Below are positions 37,123 through 45,841 of a stretch of DNA of 45,841 bases, piece by piece (within the stretch, counting starts at the first letter, position 1; the number at the start of each line of letters is the position of its first letter). Position numbers and translations under genes: made by a program. Source of the DNA: Kiritimatiellia bacterium (lineage in GTDB: Bacteria > Verrucomicrobiota > Kiritimatiellia > RFP12 > UBA1067); assembly GCA_017650345.1 (NCBI GenBank), contig JAGCFB010000032.1, positions 1-45,841 of the forward strand. Reading direction: 5' to 3'. The notes under the pieces are model-generated. The model saw only the letters and a program-made list of their open reading frames with translations. It had not been told where the DNA came from and made no database searches.

Positions 37123-39333
37123 GTGGTCGCCAAGGTCGCGATAGACCTGGGGCTCGACAGGCTCTTCGCATACGAAGCGCCGGAAGGGCTGAAGAAGAAG
37201 CTGGCCGTCGGCCAGCTTCTTCTCGTTCCGTTCGGGCACCGCAACGCGCGCGGCTTCGTGATGGAGCTGTCGGACGCTGCGCCGGAGGCGAAGGAGGGCT
37301 ATTCCCTCAAGCAGATCCATTCGATACTGGACGAGACGCCGTTCTTCTCTCCGGCGCTCCTGAAGCTCGTCCGGCGCATCGCGGAGTACACCGCCGCCCC
37401 GATCGAAAGCGTTCTCCGCGCGGCCGTCCCCGCCGCCGTCGTGAAGCAGGAGGTGCGTCCGCGCGAACTCCTCTTCGTCGAGCCCGCCCTCGCGCCGTGC
37501 GCCATGGAGCTCACAAAGCGCCAGCGGTGGCTCTACGACCAGGTCGTCCGCCTCGGCGGCGGATGGATGCGCCAGCTTTGCGACGAGCTGAAGACCACGC
37601 CCTCGAGCCTGCGCGCGCTGGGACAGAAGGGACTCCTCACCGTCGCCGCACGCCAGCGCAGGCGCGATCCGCTCGCCGGACGCCGCGTCCTTCCGTCAAA
37701 GCCTCTTCCGCTCAACGGCGAACAGTCCGCGGCGCTTGCGAAGATCGCCGGCCTGGGGAGCGGCGGATCCGGCCCATCGACGCTGCTCCTCCACGGCGTG
37801 ACCGGATCCGGGAAGACGGAGGTCTATCTCCAGGCGATCGCGGCGGAGCTTGCGGCCGGACGCGGCGCGATAGTCATGGTCCCCGAGATCGCGCTCACGC
37901 CGCAGACGGTCCAGCGCTTCGCGTCCCGCTTCGGCGACCGCGTCGCGGTCCTCCACTCCGCGCTCTCGGAGGGCGAGCGCTACGACGAGTGGCACCGCAT
38001 CAGGAGCGGCGAGGCGCGCGTGGTCGTCGGACCCCGCAGCGCGGTGTTCGCGCCGGTGCGCGGACTCGGACTCGTCGTGGTTGACGAGGAGCACGAGACG
38101 AGCTACAAGCAGGAGGACAATCCGCGCTACAACGCGCGCGACGTCGCCGTCATGCGCGGCGCGATCGAGGGCGCGAAGGTCGTCCTCGGGTCCGCCACGC
38201 CGTCCCTCGAGACGTGGGCGAACGTCGCGAAGGGGAAGTACGCCGTCGCCACGATGTCCAGCCGCGCCGGCGCGGGGAAGCTCCCGTACGTCAACATAGT
38301 CGATATGGGCGAGGAGCGCGGCGGACGCGACGCGTCGGATGGTCCGCGCGGCGCGATATTCTCCGCCCGGCTCCTGGACGCCGTCAAGACGCGGCTGGAG
38401 CGCGGCGAGCAGACGATCCTCTTCCTCAACCGCCGCGGCTACTCCCGCTCCGTCACGTGCGCTGCGTGCGGATACGTGGCCGAGTGCCCCGAATGCTCGC
38501 TTCCGTACACCTACCACAGGGCGGACGACTGCTGCCGCTGCCACGTCTGCGGCGGATGGATCCCGACTCCGAAGGCGTGTCCGTCGTGCGGATCGCCCTC
38601 GCTGGACTACCGAGGCATCGGAACGCAGCGCGCCGAGCTCGCCCTCTCGAAGTGCTTCCCGTCCGCGCGCATCCTCAGGATGGATGCGGACTCCACGAGC
38701 CGCAAGAACTCGCACGACGACATCCTCGGCGCGTTCCGCCGGCACGAGGCGGACATCCTCATCGGGACGCAGATGATCGCGAAGGGGCTCGACTTCCCGA
38801 ACGTGACGCTCGTTGGCGTGCTGAACGCGGACAGCTCGCTCAACATGCCGGACTTCCGTGCGGGCGAGCGCACGTACCAGCTCCTTTCGCAGGTCGCGGG
38901 CCGCGCCGGGCGCGCTGAGCTTCCGGGCGAGGTGTTCATCCAGACCTACGATCCGTCGTCGTCCGTCATCCGCGCCGCCGCGCGCGGCGACTACGCCGCG
39001 TTCGCCGCCGAGGAGCTGTCCGTCCGCCGCGGGCTGGGCTTCCCGCCGTACTGCCACCTGTCCGTGATCGGACTCCGCAGCCGCGACCTGAAGCTCGTCG
39101 GAAGCTGGGCGGAGATGTACGCGACGTCGCTCGCCAGGGTGAAGGGGCTGGACGTCGGCGACGCGGTCCCCTGCGCGCTGGAGAAGGCGGACGGACTCTA
39201 CCGCTGGCAGATCGTCGTGCGCGCGCAGTCCGTAGCCCTCACGGTCAAGTCGTGGCGGTGGCTGCTCTCGGTGCGTCCGCCGCCCTCCGCCCTGATCGCC
39301 TACATCGACATCGACGCCTTCGGCATGATGTGA
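37123..39333 (+). CDS. priA: Primosomal protein N' (replication restart helicase)
   Basis: GVTGSGKTEVY, VPEIALTPQ, DEEHE, LNRRGY, four CxxC pairs, GTQMIAKGLDFP and QVAGRAGR motifs. Confidence 0.97.
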   Translation: MVAKVAIDLGLDRLFAYEAPEGLKKKLAVGQLLLVPFGHRNARGFVMELSDAAPEAKEGYSLKQIHSILDETPFFSPALLKLVRRIAEYTAAPIESVLRAAVPAAVVKQEVRPRELLFVEPALAPCAMELTKRQRWLYDQVVRLGGGWMRQLCDELKTTPSSLRALGQKGLLTVAARQRRRDPLAGRRVLPSKPLPLNGEQSAALAKIAGLGSGGSGPSTLLLHGVTGSGKTEVYLQAIAAELAAGRGAIVMVPEIALTPQTVQRFASRFGDRVAVLHSALSEGERYDEWHRIRSGEARVVVGPRSAVFAPVRGLGLVVVDEEHETSYKQEDNPRYNARDVAVMRGAIEGAKVVLGSATPSLETWANVAKGKYAVATMSSRAGAGKLPYVNIVDMGEERGGRDASDGPRGAIFSARLLDAVKTRLERGEQTILFLNRRGYSRSVTCAACGYVAECPECSLPYTYHRADDCCRCHVCGGWIPTPKACPSCGSPSLDYRGIGTQRAELALSKCFPSARILRMDADSTSRKNSHDDILGAFRRHEADILIGTQMIAKGLDFPNVTLVGVLNADSSLNMPDFRAGERTYQLLSQVAGRAGRAELPGEVFIQTYDPSSSVIRAAARGDYAAFAAEELSVRRGLGFPPYCHLSVIGLRSRDLKLVGSWAEMYATSLARVKGLDVGDAVPCALEKADGLYRWQIVVRAQSVALTVKSWRWLLSVRPPPSALIAYIDIDAFGMM

Positions 39334-39345
39334 GCGCCGTGATTT

Positions 39346-39354
39346 TGCTATAAT
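39346..39354 (+). promoter_or_regulatory. Extended -10 promoter (TGCTATAAT) for dnaG
   Basis: Located in the priA-dnaG gap. Confidence 0.6.
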
Positions 39355-39380
39355 AGACACCGGCAACGTTCAGAACGCAG

Positions 39381-41273
39381 ATGGCGACGGGAATACCAGA
39401 ATCGGCGATAGAGGAGATCAAGGCGCGCACGGATATCGCGGACCTGATCTCCTCCTACGGCGTCGTCGTCAAGCGAGCCGGCTCGAGCATGAAGGCGTGC
39501 TGTCCGTTCCACAACGAGAAGACGCCGAGCTTCAACATAAACGTCTCGAAGGGCTTCTACCACTGCTTCGGATGCAACGAGTCCGGCGACGCCATAAAGT
39601 TCGTCCAGAAGATGGAGGGCCTCTCCTTCATGGAGGCCGCGAAGAAGCTCGCCGCGCAGTGCGGCGTGAGGATCGAGGAGCGCGAGGATCCGGAGGCGGG
39701 ATTGAGGAAGCGCCTCTACGCGCTTATGGCCGAGCTTGCGGAGTTCTACCGGCGCTGCCTCGTGAAGACGAAGGAGGCCGCCGTCGCGCGCGACTACCTG
39801 GCGAAGCGCGAGATCGACGAAAGGACGCAGGAGGATTTCCTGATCGGCTACGCGCCGGCGGGCGCGTCCGTCATGGCGACGTGGGCCGAGAAGCACGGCT
39901 ACACGATGTCCGAGCTGGAGGCCGCAGGCGTGGTCGTCGCGCCGAAGGGTCCGGGCGACCGCGGCTACCACCGCTTCGGCGGACGGCTCATGTTCGCCGT
40001 CAAGGACCGCCAGGGGCGGGTCGTGGCGTTCTCCGGACGCCAGCTCGTCGAGCGGAAGAACTCCGGCAAGTACGTCAACTCGCCGGAGACCGTCATCTTC
40101 AAGAAGTCCAAGGTGCTATTCGGATTCGACCGCGCGGCCGCGGCGATCGCGAAGAGTCCGCACCACGAGGTCATCTGCTGCGAAGGGCAGATCGACACGA
40201 TCCGCCTCCACATCTGCGGCTTCACGACCGCCGTCGCCTCGCAGGGCACGGCCTTCACGGAGGAGCACGCGAAGATGGTCAAGCGCGTGGCGGACGCGGC
40301 GGTCCTCATGTACGACGACGACGCGGCCGGTCACAAGGCGACGGTCAAGGTCGCGCGGATGCTCCTTGCGATGGAGATGCCGGTGCGGGTCGTGAGCCTC
40401 CCGGACGGGGACGACCCGGACTCCTTCCTCAGGAAGCGCGGGGCGGACGCGCTTCGTCCGCTCATCGACGGCGCGGAGAGCGTGGTCGCGTTCCAGTGCC
40501 GCGCGGAGATGGCCAAGGAGGCGAACCCGAAGTCCATAGACGCCGTCTCGCGCGTAACGCGCGCGGTCGTCGAGACGGTCGCCGCGTGTCCGTCCGCCGT
40601 CCTCAGGGCCAGCATGGCGGACGAGGCCGCGCGAATCCTCGGACTCCCTGTCGCCGCGGTGAACGAGGAGGTAGAAAAGGCGCGCGCTGCGGCGAAGGCG
40701 GCGCCAAGGCCTGCGTCCGCGCCTGAGGAGCCGGAGATTACGGAGGAGCCGGAGTCGCCTGACGGCGCGGAATCCGCCGATTCCATCCCTGGCGAGGCGG
40801 CGCGCGCGTCGGAGCCGCCGCCTGCGCTGGAGCGCGAGTTCATGGAGTTTCTGATGGCGAACGAGTACGACAGGGGGCTCGACGCTATGGCGGGCGAGTT
40901 CCTGCCGGACGGACTTTTCGCGCACGACTTCACGAGGAGGTTCGCGGCGGCGTGGCGCGACGAGGCGGTGAGCGGCGAGGACCGCTTCGCGGAGTTCGCG
41001 GACGCCCTGGGCGAGGAGGAGCGCGGGTGGTTCGACGGCATCCTCCTGGCGGCGGGGAGGTCGCAGTCGTGCGGAATGGACGCGTCGGACGTGATGCAGG
41101 ACTTCGTGCGCGCGCTGTGGTGCGAGCGGCTCAGGCGCGAGCGGGGCGCGCTTCCGGCGGACGGCGGACCGGAGACGGACGCCAGGCGCCTCAAGCTGTC
41201 CATGGACCTCAAGCGCCTCCAACACGTCCGATGGTCCGCCGCCAAGGACATCATCCGCGACCTTTCCCGCTAG
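39381..41273 (+). CDS. dnaG: DNA primase
   Basis: CPFHNEKTPSF, CFGC, KYVNSPET, EG..D, YDDDAAG and DPDS motifs. Confidence 0.96.
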   Translation: MATGIPESAIEEIKARTDIADLISSYGVVVKRAGSSMKACCPFHNEKTPSFNINVSKGFYHCFGCNESGDAIKFVQKMEGLSFMEAAKKLAAQCGVRIEEREDPEAGLRKRLYALMAELAEFYRRCLVKTKEAAVARDYLAKREIDERTQEDFLIGYAPAGASVMATWAEKHGYTMSELEAAGVVVAPKGPGDRGYHRFGGRLMFAVKDRQGRVVAFSGRQLVERKNSGKYVNSPETVIFKKSKVLFGFDRAAAAIAKSPHHEVICCEGQIDTIRLHICGFTTAVASQGTAFTEEHAKMVKRVADAAVLMYDDDAAGHKATVKVARMLLAMEMPVRVVSLPDGDDPDSFLRKRGADALRPLIDGAESVVAFQCRAEMAKEANPKSIDAVSRVTRAVVETVAACPSAVLRASMADEAARILGLPVAAVNEEVEKARAAAKAAPRPASAPEEPEITEEPESPDGAESADSIPGEAARASEPPPALEREFMEFLMANEYDRGLDAMAGEFLPDGLFAHDFTRRFAAAWRDEAVSGEDRFAEFADALGEEERGWFDGILLAAGRSQSCGMDASDVMQDFVRALWCERLRRERGALPADGGPETDARRLKLSMDLKRLQHVRWSAAKDIIRDLSR

Positions 41274-41386
41274 CCCCGCGAGCGGCGATAGCAGCAGTCG
41301 CGTTCGTTGTTCTCCATCGTTCCCTGCCTTTTGGGCTAAAAACTTTACCCACAGCCGAAAACCAGGAAATCTTGCAGTGTTGGGGG

Positions 41387-41415
41387 TTGCAAGACTTGTC
41401 AGGCTGTGCTATAAT
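41387..41415 (+). promoter_or_regulatory. Sigma70-type promoter
   Basis: TTGCAA-N17-TATAAT with extended TG. Confidence 0.75.
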
Positions 41416-41436
41416 AGTGGCATAACAAACAAAACT

Positions 41437-42237
41437 ATGAAAATACGCGATCTAAAGTGGCGTGCTTTTTTGCTTTTGTTGCAAAGTAGCTTTTTTATCG
41501 CCAATGTGCATGGCAGCGTTGAGGATCCAGTCATGAGGTTCTCGACGCCGGGACCTGATTATTATGCAGATATGCATATGGTTCTGGACGGCGAGTGTTA
41601 TGCGCTGGTGTGGTCTCCTGCGGGAACAGTCTTCTCCGGATTCAATGCCGACGGAACCACGGCTTCTCCGAACGACCGCATTGTCATAGCGGCGCCTCTA
41701 GCCAAGAACGGCAGGTGTCCGGTCGTTTACTTCCAGGTCCCGGCCGACATATACAAGGAGTTGGAGGGCGGCGAGTGGGCGGTCTGCCTCCTTGACACCC
41801 GCAACGCGCTCGGCGTCACGTCCGGCGTTTCGGCGAATCGTCCGCGGCGCGTCAATCGCTGGGGCGTCGTCAAGGGCGGCATTGTGCTGGAGCCGAAGGC
41901 CGTCGCCTCGCCCAGTCTTGTCTCGGCGGCGCGTCTGCGCAGCGGGGCGTCTGCCACATCCCATGGCGGAACGCAGGCTGGAATCGTCTCCGAGATTCCT
42001 GCCTACGCGGAGGCTCCGGAGATAACCTCGATAGAGGTTACGGACGGACTTGTGAAGCTTGCGGTGTCTGGCACGGTCCCGTACCTCACGTACACGCTGT
42101 CGTCCGGCGAGAATCCGGACGGCCTTGTGGAGGATCTTTCTGCGGACCTGGTGGACGGAGCCCCGGACGGCGAGATAGAAATCGCCGCGCCCAGGGCAGA
42201 GGGTGGTCGGTTCTTCAAGGTGACAAGAGCAAGATAA
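41437..42237 (+). CDS. Secreted hypothetical protein (266 aa)
   Basis: Signal peptide; FSTPGPD.YAD...LDGECYALVW; C-terminal module PEITSI...RFFKV. Confidence 0.7.
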   Translation: MKIRDLKWRAFLLLLQSSFFIANVHGSVEDPVMRFSTPGPDYYADMHMVLDGECYALVWSPAGTVFSGFNADGTTASPNDRIVIAAPLAKNGRCPVVYFQVPADIYKELEGGEWAVCLLDTRNALGVTSGVSANRPRRVNRWGVVKGGIVLEPKAVASPSLVSAARLRSGASATSHGGTQAGIVSEIPAYAEAPEITSIEVTDGLVKLAVSGTVPYLTYTLSSGENPDGLVEDLSADLVDGAPDGEIEIAAPRAEGGRFFKVTRAR

Positions 42238-42256
42238 AGAACGGAGGTGACCCAAA

Positions 42257-45200
42257 GTGAAAAACTGCGGTTCCTGGATTAAATTGTTATCAACGACTTT
42301 ATTTGCGGCGACTTTTCTTCTCGCCGTCCCGGACGCAAAGGCCGACGACAGCCTCACGATGGCAGACTTCGGCTATACAAATAAACTTCAGGTCGTTGGT
42401 TACACCGGCACCGAGACGCTTGAAAACTTCCCGGTGCTAGTGCGTCTGTCGGAGACCCGCCTTCCGGGATTCCTGTATGCTAATTTGACGAACAGCAAGG
42501 GTGCGGACATTGCCTTTTTCGACGCGAACGGCAACCATCTTGCCTCCGAAATCGAAACGAACACCTGGAAGGAGGTCGAGAATACCTCGCTGATCTGGGT
42601 CAAACTCCCCGAGATGACCCAAGGCACACGGTTCTACATGTGCTACAATACATCGGCATCGGGAGCCTGGGTTGCGAACGAAAATCCCTGGGGCGACTAT
42701 GTCGGCGTCTGGCACATGGATGAGAAAGGTGGCCAAAACACGAAGATATATGATGCGACTACCAATGCGCTTGATGGTGTGGTGAAAGCAGCCGGCAACA
42801 ATGTTACCAGATACAAGAACGGCGTGGTAGGTGCCACCCGTCGCATCGCTGTCGATAAAAACCACGGCTGGGGCATTGTCGTTGATGCAACGAATGGCAC
42901 GCGCAAGGCCGTCGCCGACACCCTCGGAACCGATTTCTCGGCTTCGTTCTGGATGAATCCGCAGGGAACTGATGTCACCTACGGATTCCTCATCGACCGC
43001 CGCAAGGGTGAGTATAACGATCCGGGCGGGTGGGGAACGCGTCTCCATGAAGGAAAAGCCGCCACCACGAAACTTCAGATTTACGCTGGAAGCGAAAAGC
43101 CTTTTTCGAATAACTACGACGGCACTCTAAGCGGGAACAACTACGCCGACCTCTACACGCAGAACACATGGAGCAAAGTCGATGTCCACTGGTATGCGAC
43201 CAGCGAAGCCGCTGGTGCCGCCGACATTTACTTGAACGGCGAATTCGTCGAGACGGTGGTCCTGCCTCAACCTCCCAAGCAGGACACCACCGCCAACATC
43301 GGCATCGGTGGTTCGACGCAGCCCAATCCAACCAACACCAGCCCCACAACAGAGCAGAAGGGTCGCCGCTTCAACGGCTTCATGGACGAGGTGCGCCTTC
43401 GTCCCGGCGGCTTGAGCGCCGACTGGATCAAGGCCGACTATGATACGGTGAACGATCCGGACTTTATCATTGCGGACGCCTTTGCCGTGATATGGGACAA
43501 CGCCGACAGCGGCACGCCGGGCCTTGTGCGCGTGGCATCCTCGTACGCCCGCTTTTCGGGAACGGTGCTGAGTCTCGGCCAAACGGCCGGGAGCTGCTCC
43601 GTCGAATGCAAGGTCTGGACAGGCGACGCCGAGCCGGTGGAATGGACGCGGCTTGTCAGCGGACTCGGGGTGGCCGACGACTTTACGGCGACCGTTTCCG
43701 AACTTGCGCCTTCGACCGCCTACAGCTACAAGCTTCGCGTCATAGGCAACGACGAACCTGCTTCGGTGACGCCCGTTGTAGAGGGCTCCTTCACGACGCG
43801 CGGCGAGTCGAGCGATGTGATCGGTTCGCCGTACACCCACTTCTTCGACGACGGCACGAACGCCTGCTGGGTGGCGAACGGCTTTGAACGGTATCTCGTG
43901 CTCGAGGTGACGGGCTACACCGGGTTGGAAACGCTGACCAACTTCCCGGTGCTGGTGGATGTCCGCAAGAAGGACACCAATGGCTTCTCCTACGACGACT
44001 TCTATCGCATCGACGGCAAGGACCTGGCCTTTGTCGACGAACTGGGGCACATCATCCCCCACGAGATCGACACGTGGAATCCGAACGGCATGTCGCTTTT
44101 CTGGGTGAGGCTCCCTGAGATGAACAACGGCACGACTTTCACGATGTGCTACAGGAGTCCGCTCCTTGACGAGGTTCCCGATCCCGGCAACGTGTTCGAG
44201 CCGTACATCGGCGTATGGCACATGAACGAGAAGGAGAACGGTGTCGTCGACGTGGCGGACTCCACCGTGAACAACCTTGTCGGCGAGACCCATGCCATGT
44301 CCCTTGCCGAGAGCAACGGCATGATCGGCTACGCGCGCCGCGTCGCGCAGACCGGCGGCGCGTCCTCGTCCGCCGGGCGCATAATCGTGTTCGACCACGA
44401 CAACATCCTACGCGACGTCGGCCCGGTGTTCACGTATTCCGGCTGGTACAAGCTTGCGAAGGGCATAACGGACCCCGACTGGGCGTATCTCGTGAGCCGC
44501 AAGGACGAAGACGACTCCAACGGCTGGGGCATCCAGTACCACGACAAACAATTGTCTTCCTCACAGATGCGCGTATGGGCGGCAGACGAGGGAAAGAACA
44601 AATCCGGCTTCTTCGACATCACGGGAGTCGGCTACAAGCACGATGAGTGGGCGTACTGGACGTTCGTCTACAGCAACCAGACGTTCCACGCCTACTTCAA
44701 GGGGGAGGAGCTTTCCAGCACGAGCTCTGGCTACACGCTCAAGAAGCCCGTCGTGAATGATGCAACGGCCGATGAGCAGCATCTAATGATCGGCGGCCTT
44801 CGCAACGGCAAGGGCGCGCTTAACGGATATGTGGACGAGGCGCGCTATTCGCGCGGCGTCCGGTCTGCGGACTGGATCAAGGCGGAGTATGCATCGATGC
44901 TCCAGGTGAACACGCCGTTTGTGGCAAAGGGCGAGCGGGTGAGCCGTGGCGAAGAGTCGCTCGTCCCCGTCGTCATCTGGGAGAAGGGCTCAGAGTTCCC
45001 CGAGACGGTGATCGACGTGAGCTATGCCTACGTGCAGTTCGCCGGCACCGTGACGTTCTGCGGCGCGGGCGCTGAAACGTGCGACATCGAATACATGATA
45101 TGGGCCGACGGCGACGTGGCCCCGGACGAGTGGACGACGCTTGTGGACGACGCGAGAAAGGGCGACAAGTTCTCGATTCCAGTTTTTGGGCTCAAGCAGG

Positions 45201-45841
45201 ACATGCCGTACAACTTCGTGATACGCGCGGTCTGCGAGGTTGGCGGAGTGCGCCGTTCCACGCGCGAGCATTCCGGGTCGTTCCGCACGAACGGCAACAT
45301 AAACGAGGCGTCCACGGGCGAGATCCTCCGCGTCGCCAACAAGTTCGTGCACAGATTCGAAGCGGGAGAGACGACATTTACGACGCCGGACTACGTGCGG
45401 AACGTCGAGATCTTCGTTGTCGGCGGCGGCGGCGCAGGCGGCTACAAGGTCGGCGGCGGTGGTGGCGGCGGCGGCGTATTCCACAGCGAGTCGTTTCCCG
45501 TCAAGACGAACACGACGTACCTAGTCAACGTCGGCAGGGGCGGCACCGCTGCAACGTCTCCCAATACGGTAAGCACCGCCGGCACGGGCGAGTATTCAGC
45601 CTTTGCGCTGGCGAGCGATCCCGAGAATCCGCTGATCAGGGTGCCTGGCGGCGGCGGCGGCGGAAACTACAGCGATGCAGGAGGAGCCGGAGCCGACGGC
45701 GCGTCTGGCGGCGGCGGCACTTTTGCCAAGGACGGCGGCTCGCCGGTCGATGGCGGGACGTTCGGCAACCCCGGCGGCGCAGGAAACGACACTACCGCCA
45801 ACAACAAGTATAAGACGGCGGCGGGCGGCGGAGGCGGCGGC
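42257..45841 (+). CDS. Very large secreted protein (>1195 aa, truncated): 2x[DUF2341-like + LamG-like + FN3-like], then a Gly-rich domain
   Basis: GGAGG Shine-Dalgarno and GTG start; signal peptide AKA|DD; repeated GYTG.ETL.NFPVLV...EI.T...WV.LPEM...GVWHM.E...NG..DE.R...SADWIKA.Y; VVGGGGAGG Gly-rich segment. Start and end segments are in the same frame; absent from the ORF track, consistent with no stop before the window end. Confidence 0.85.
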   Translation, partial: MKNCGSWIKLLSTTLFAATFLLAVPDAKADDSLTMADFGYTNKLQVVGYTGTETLENFPVLVRLSETRLPGFLYANLTNSKGADIAFFDANGNHLASEIETNTWKEVENTSLIWVKLPEMTQGTRFYMCYNTSASGAWVANENPWGDYVGVWHMDEKGGQNTKIYDATTNALDGVVKAAGNNVTRYKNGVVGATRRIAVDKNHGWGIVVDATNGTRKAVADTLGTDFSASFWMNPQGTDVTYGFLIDRRKGEYNDPGGWGTRLHEGKAATTKLQIYAGSEKPFSNNYDGTLSGNNYADLYTQNTWSKVDVHWYATSEAAGAADIYLNGEFVETVVLPQPPKQDTTANIGIGGSTQPNPTNTSPTTEQKGRRFNGFMDEVRLRPGGLSADWIKADYDTVNDPDFIIADAFAVIWDNADSGTPGLVRVASSYARFSGTVLSLGQTAGSCSVECKVWTGDAEPVEWTRLVSGLGVADDFTATVSELAPSTAYSYKLRVIGNDEPASVTPVVEGSFTTRGESSDVIGSPYTHFFDDGTNACWVANGFERYLVLEVTGYTGLETLTNFPVLVDVRKKDTNGFSYDDFYRIDGKDLAFVDELGHIIPHEIDTWNPNGMSLFWVRLPEMNNGTTFTMCYRSPLLDEVPDPGNVFEPYIGVWHMNEKENGVVDVADSTVNNLVGETHAMSLAESNGMIGYARRVAQTGGASSSAGRIIVFDHDNILRDVGPVFTYSGWYKLAKGITDPDWAYLVSRKDEDDSNGWGIQYHDKQLSSSQMRVWAADEGKNKSGFFDITGVGYKHDEWAYWTFVYSNQTFHAYFKGEELSSTSSGYTLKKPVVNDATADEQHLMIGGLRNGKGALNGYVDEARYSRGVRSADWIKAEYASMLQVNTPFVAKGERVSRGEESLVPVVIWEKGSEFPETVIDVSYAYVQFAGTVTFCGAGAETCDIEYMIWADGDVAPDEWTTLVDDARKGDKFSIPVFGLKQDMPYNFVIRAVCEVGGVRRSTREHSGSFRTNGNINEASTGEILRVANKFVHRFEAGETTFTTPDYVRNVEIFVVGGGGAGGYKVGGGGGGGGVFHSESFPVKTNTTYLVNVGRGGTAATSPNTVSTAGTGEYSAFALASDPENPLIRVPGGGGGGNYSDAGGAGADGASGGGGTFAKDGGSPVDGGTFGNPGGAGNDTTANNKYKTAAGGGGGG

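Noticed and set aside
290-45813. Many long antisense and alternate-frame ORFs in the track (e.g. 23659-26307 -, 1408-3075 -, 37696-39366 -)
   Set aside because: Shadow ORFs expected at high GC; Arg/Ala/Pro-rich or mirror-codon sequences with no motifs, overlapping well-supported genes.
45410-45841. GGC-rich repeats as a tandem repeat or CRISPR array
   Set aside because: They are Gly codons within the giant CDS; there is no repeat-spacer periodicity.

Overview
GC-rich bacterial chromosome segment from a diderm, LPS-making organism (waaA, lpxK, pal, tatC). Gene style suggests a PVC-group organism such as Kiritimatiellia, which is inference only. About 42 CDSs lie on the + strand, plus a truncated folB on the - strand. 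Housekeeping genes include pyrB, rpoN, murG, folE, tdh-kbl, waaA, lpxK, a fused hisHF, pal, tatB/C, a TrkH/KtrB transporter, pgsA, priA and dnaG. No rRNA, tRNA, CRISPR array or transposase was recognised. The most notable region is 19.5-28.6 kb. It has a NusG-paralog antiterminator gene, a near-consensus promoter and a ~300-nt hairpin-rich leader. These are followed by a Cys-rich secreted protein, an internal terminator, a parvulin/SurA-like chaperone apparently split into two exported proteins, and a 1269-aa secreted protein with two CxxC thioredoxin-like domains plus Calx-beta/Ig-like domains. The region ends with a second Cys-rich paralog and two GT-C-like membrane proteins. This looks like an antitermination-controlled, disulfide-rich cell-surface structure system. 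The window ends inside a >1195-aa secreted DUF2341/LamG/Gly-rich protein that the ORF track misses. Several genes appear to be leaderless.
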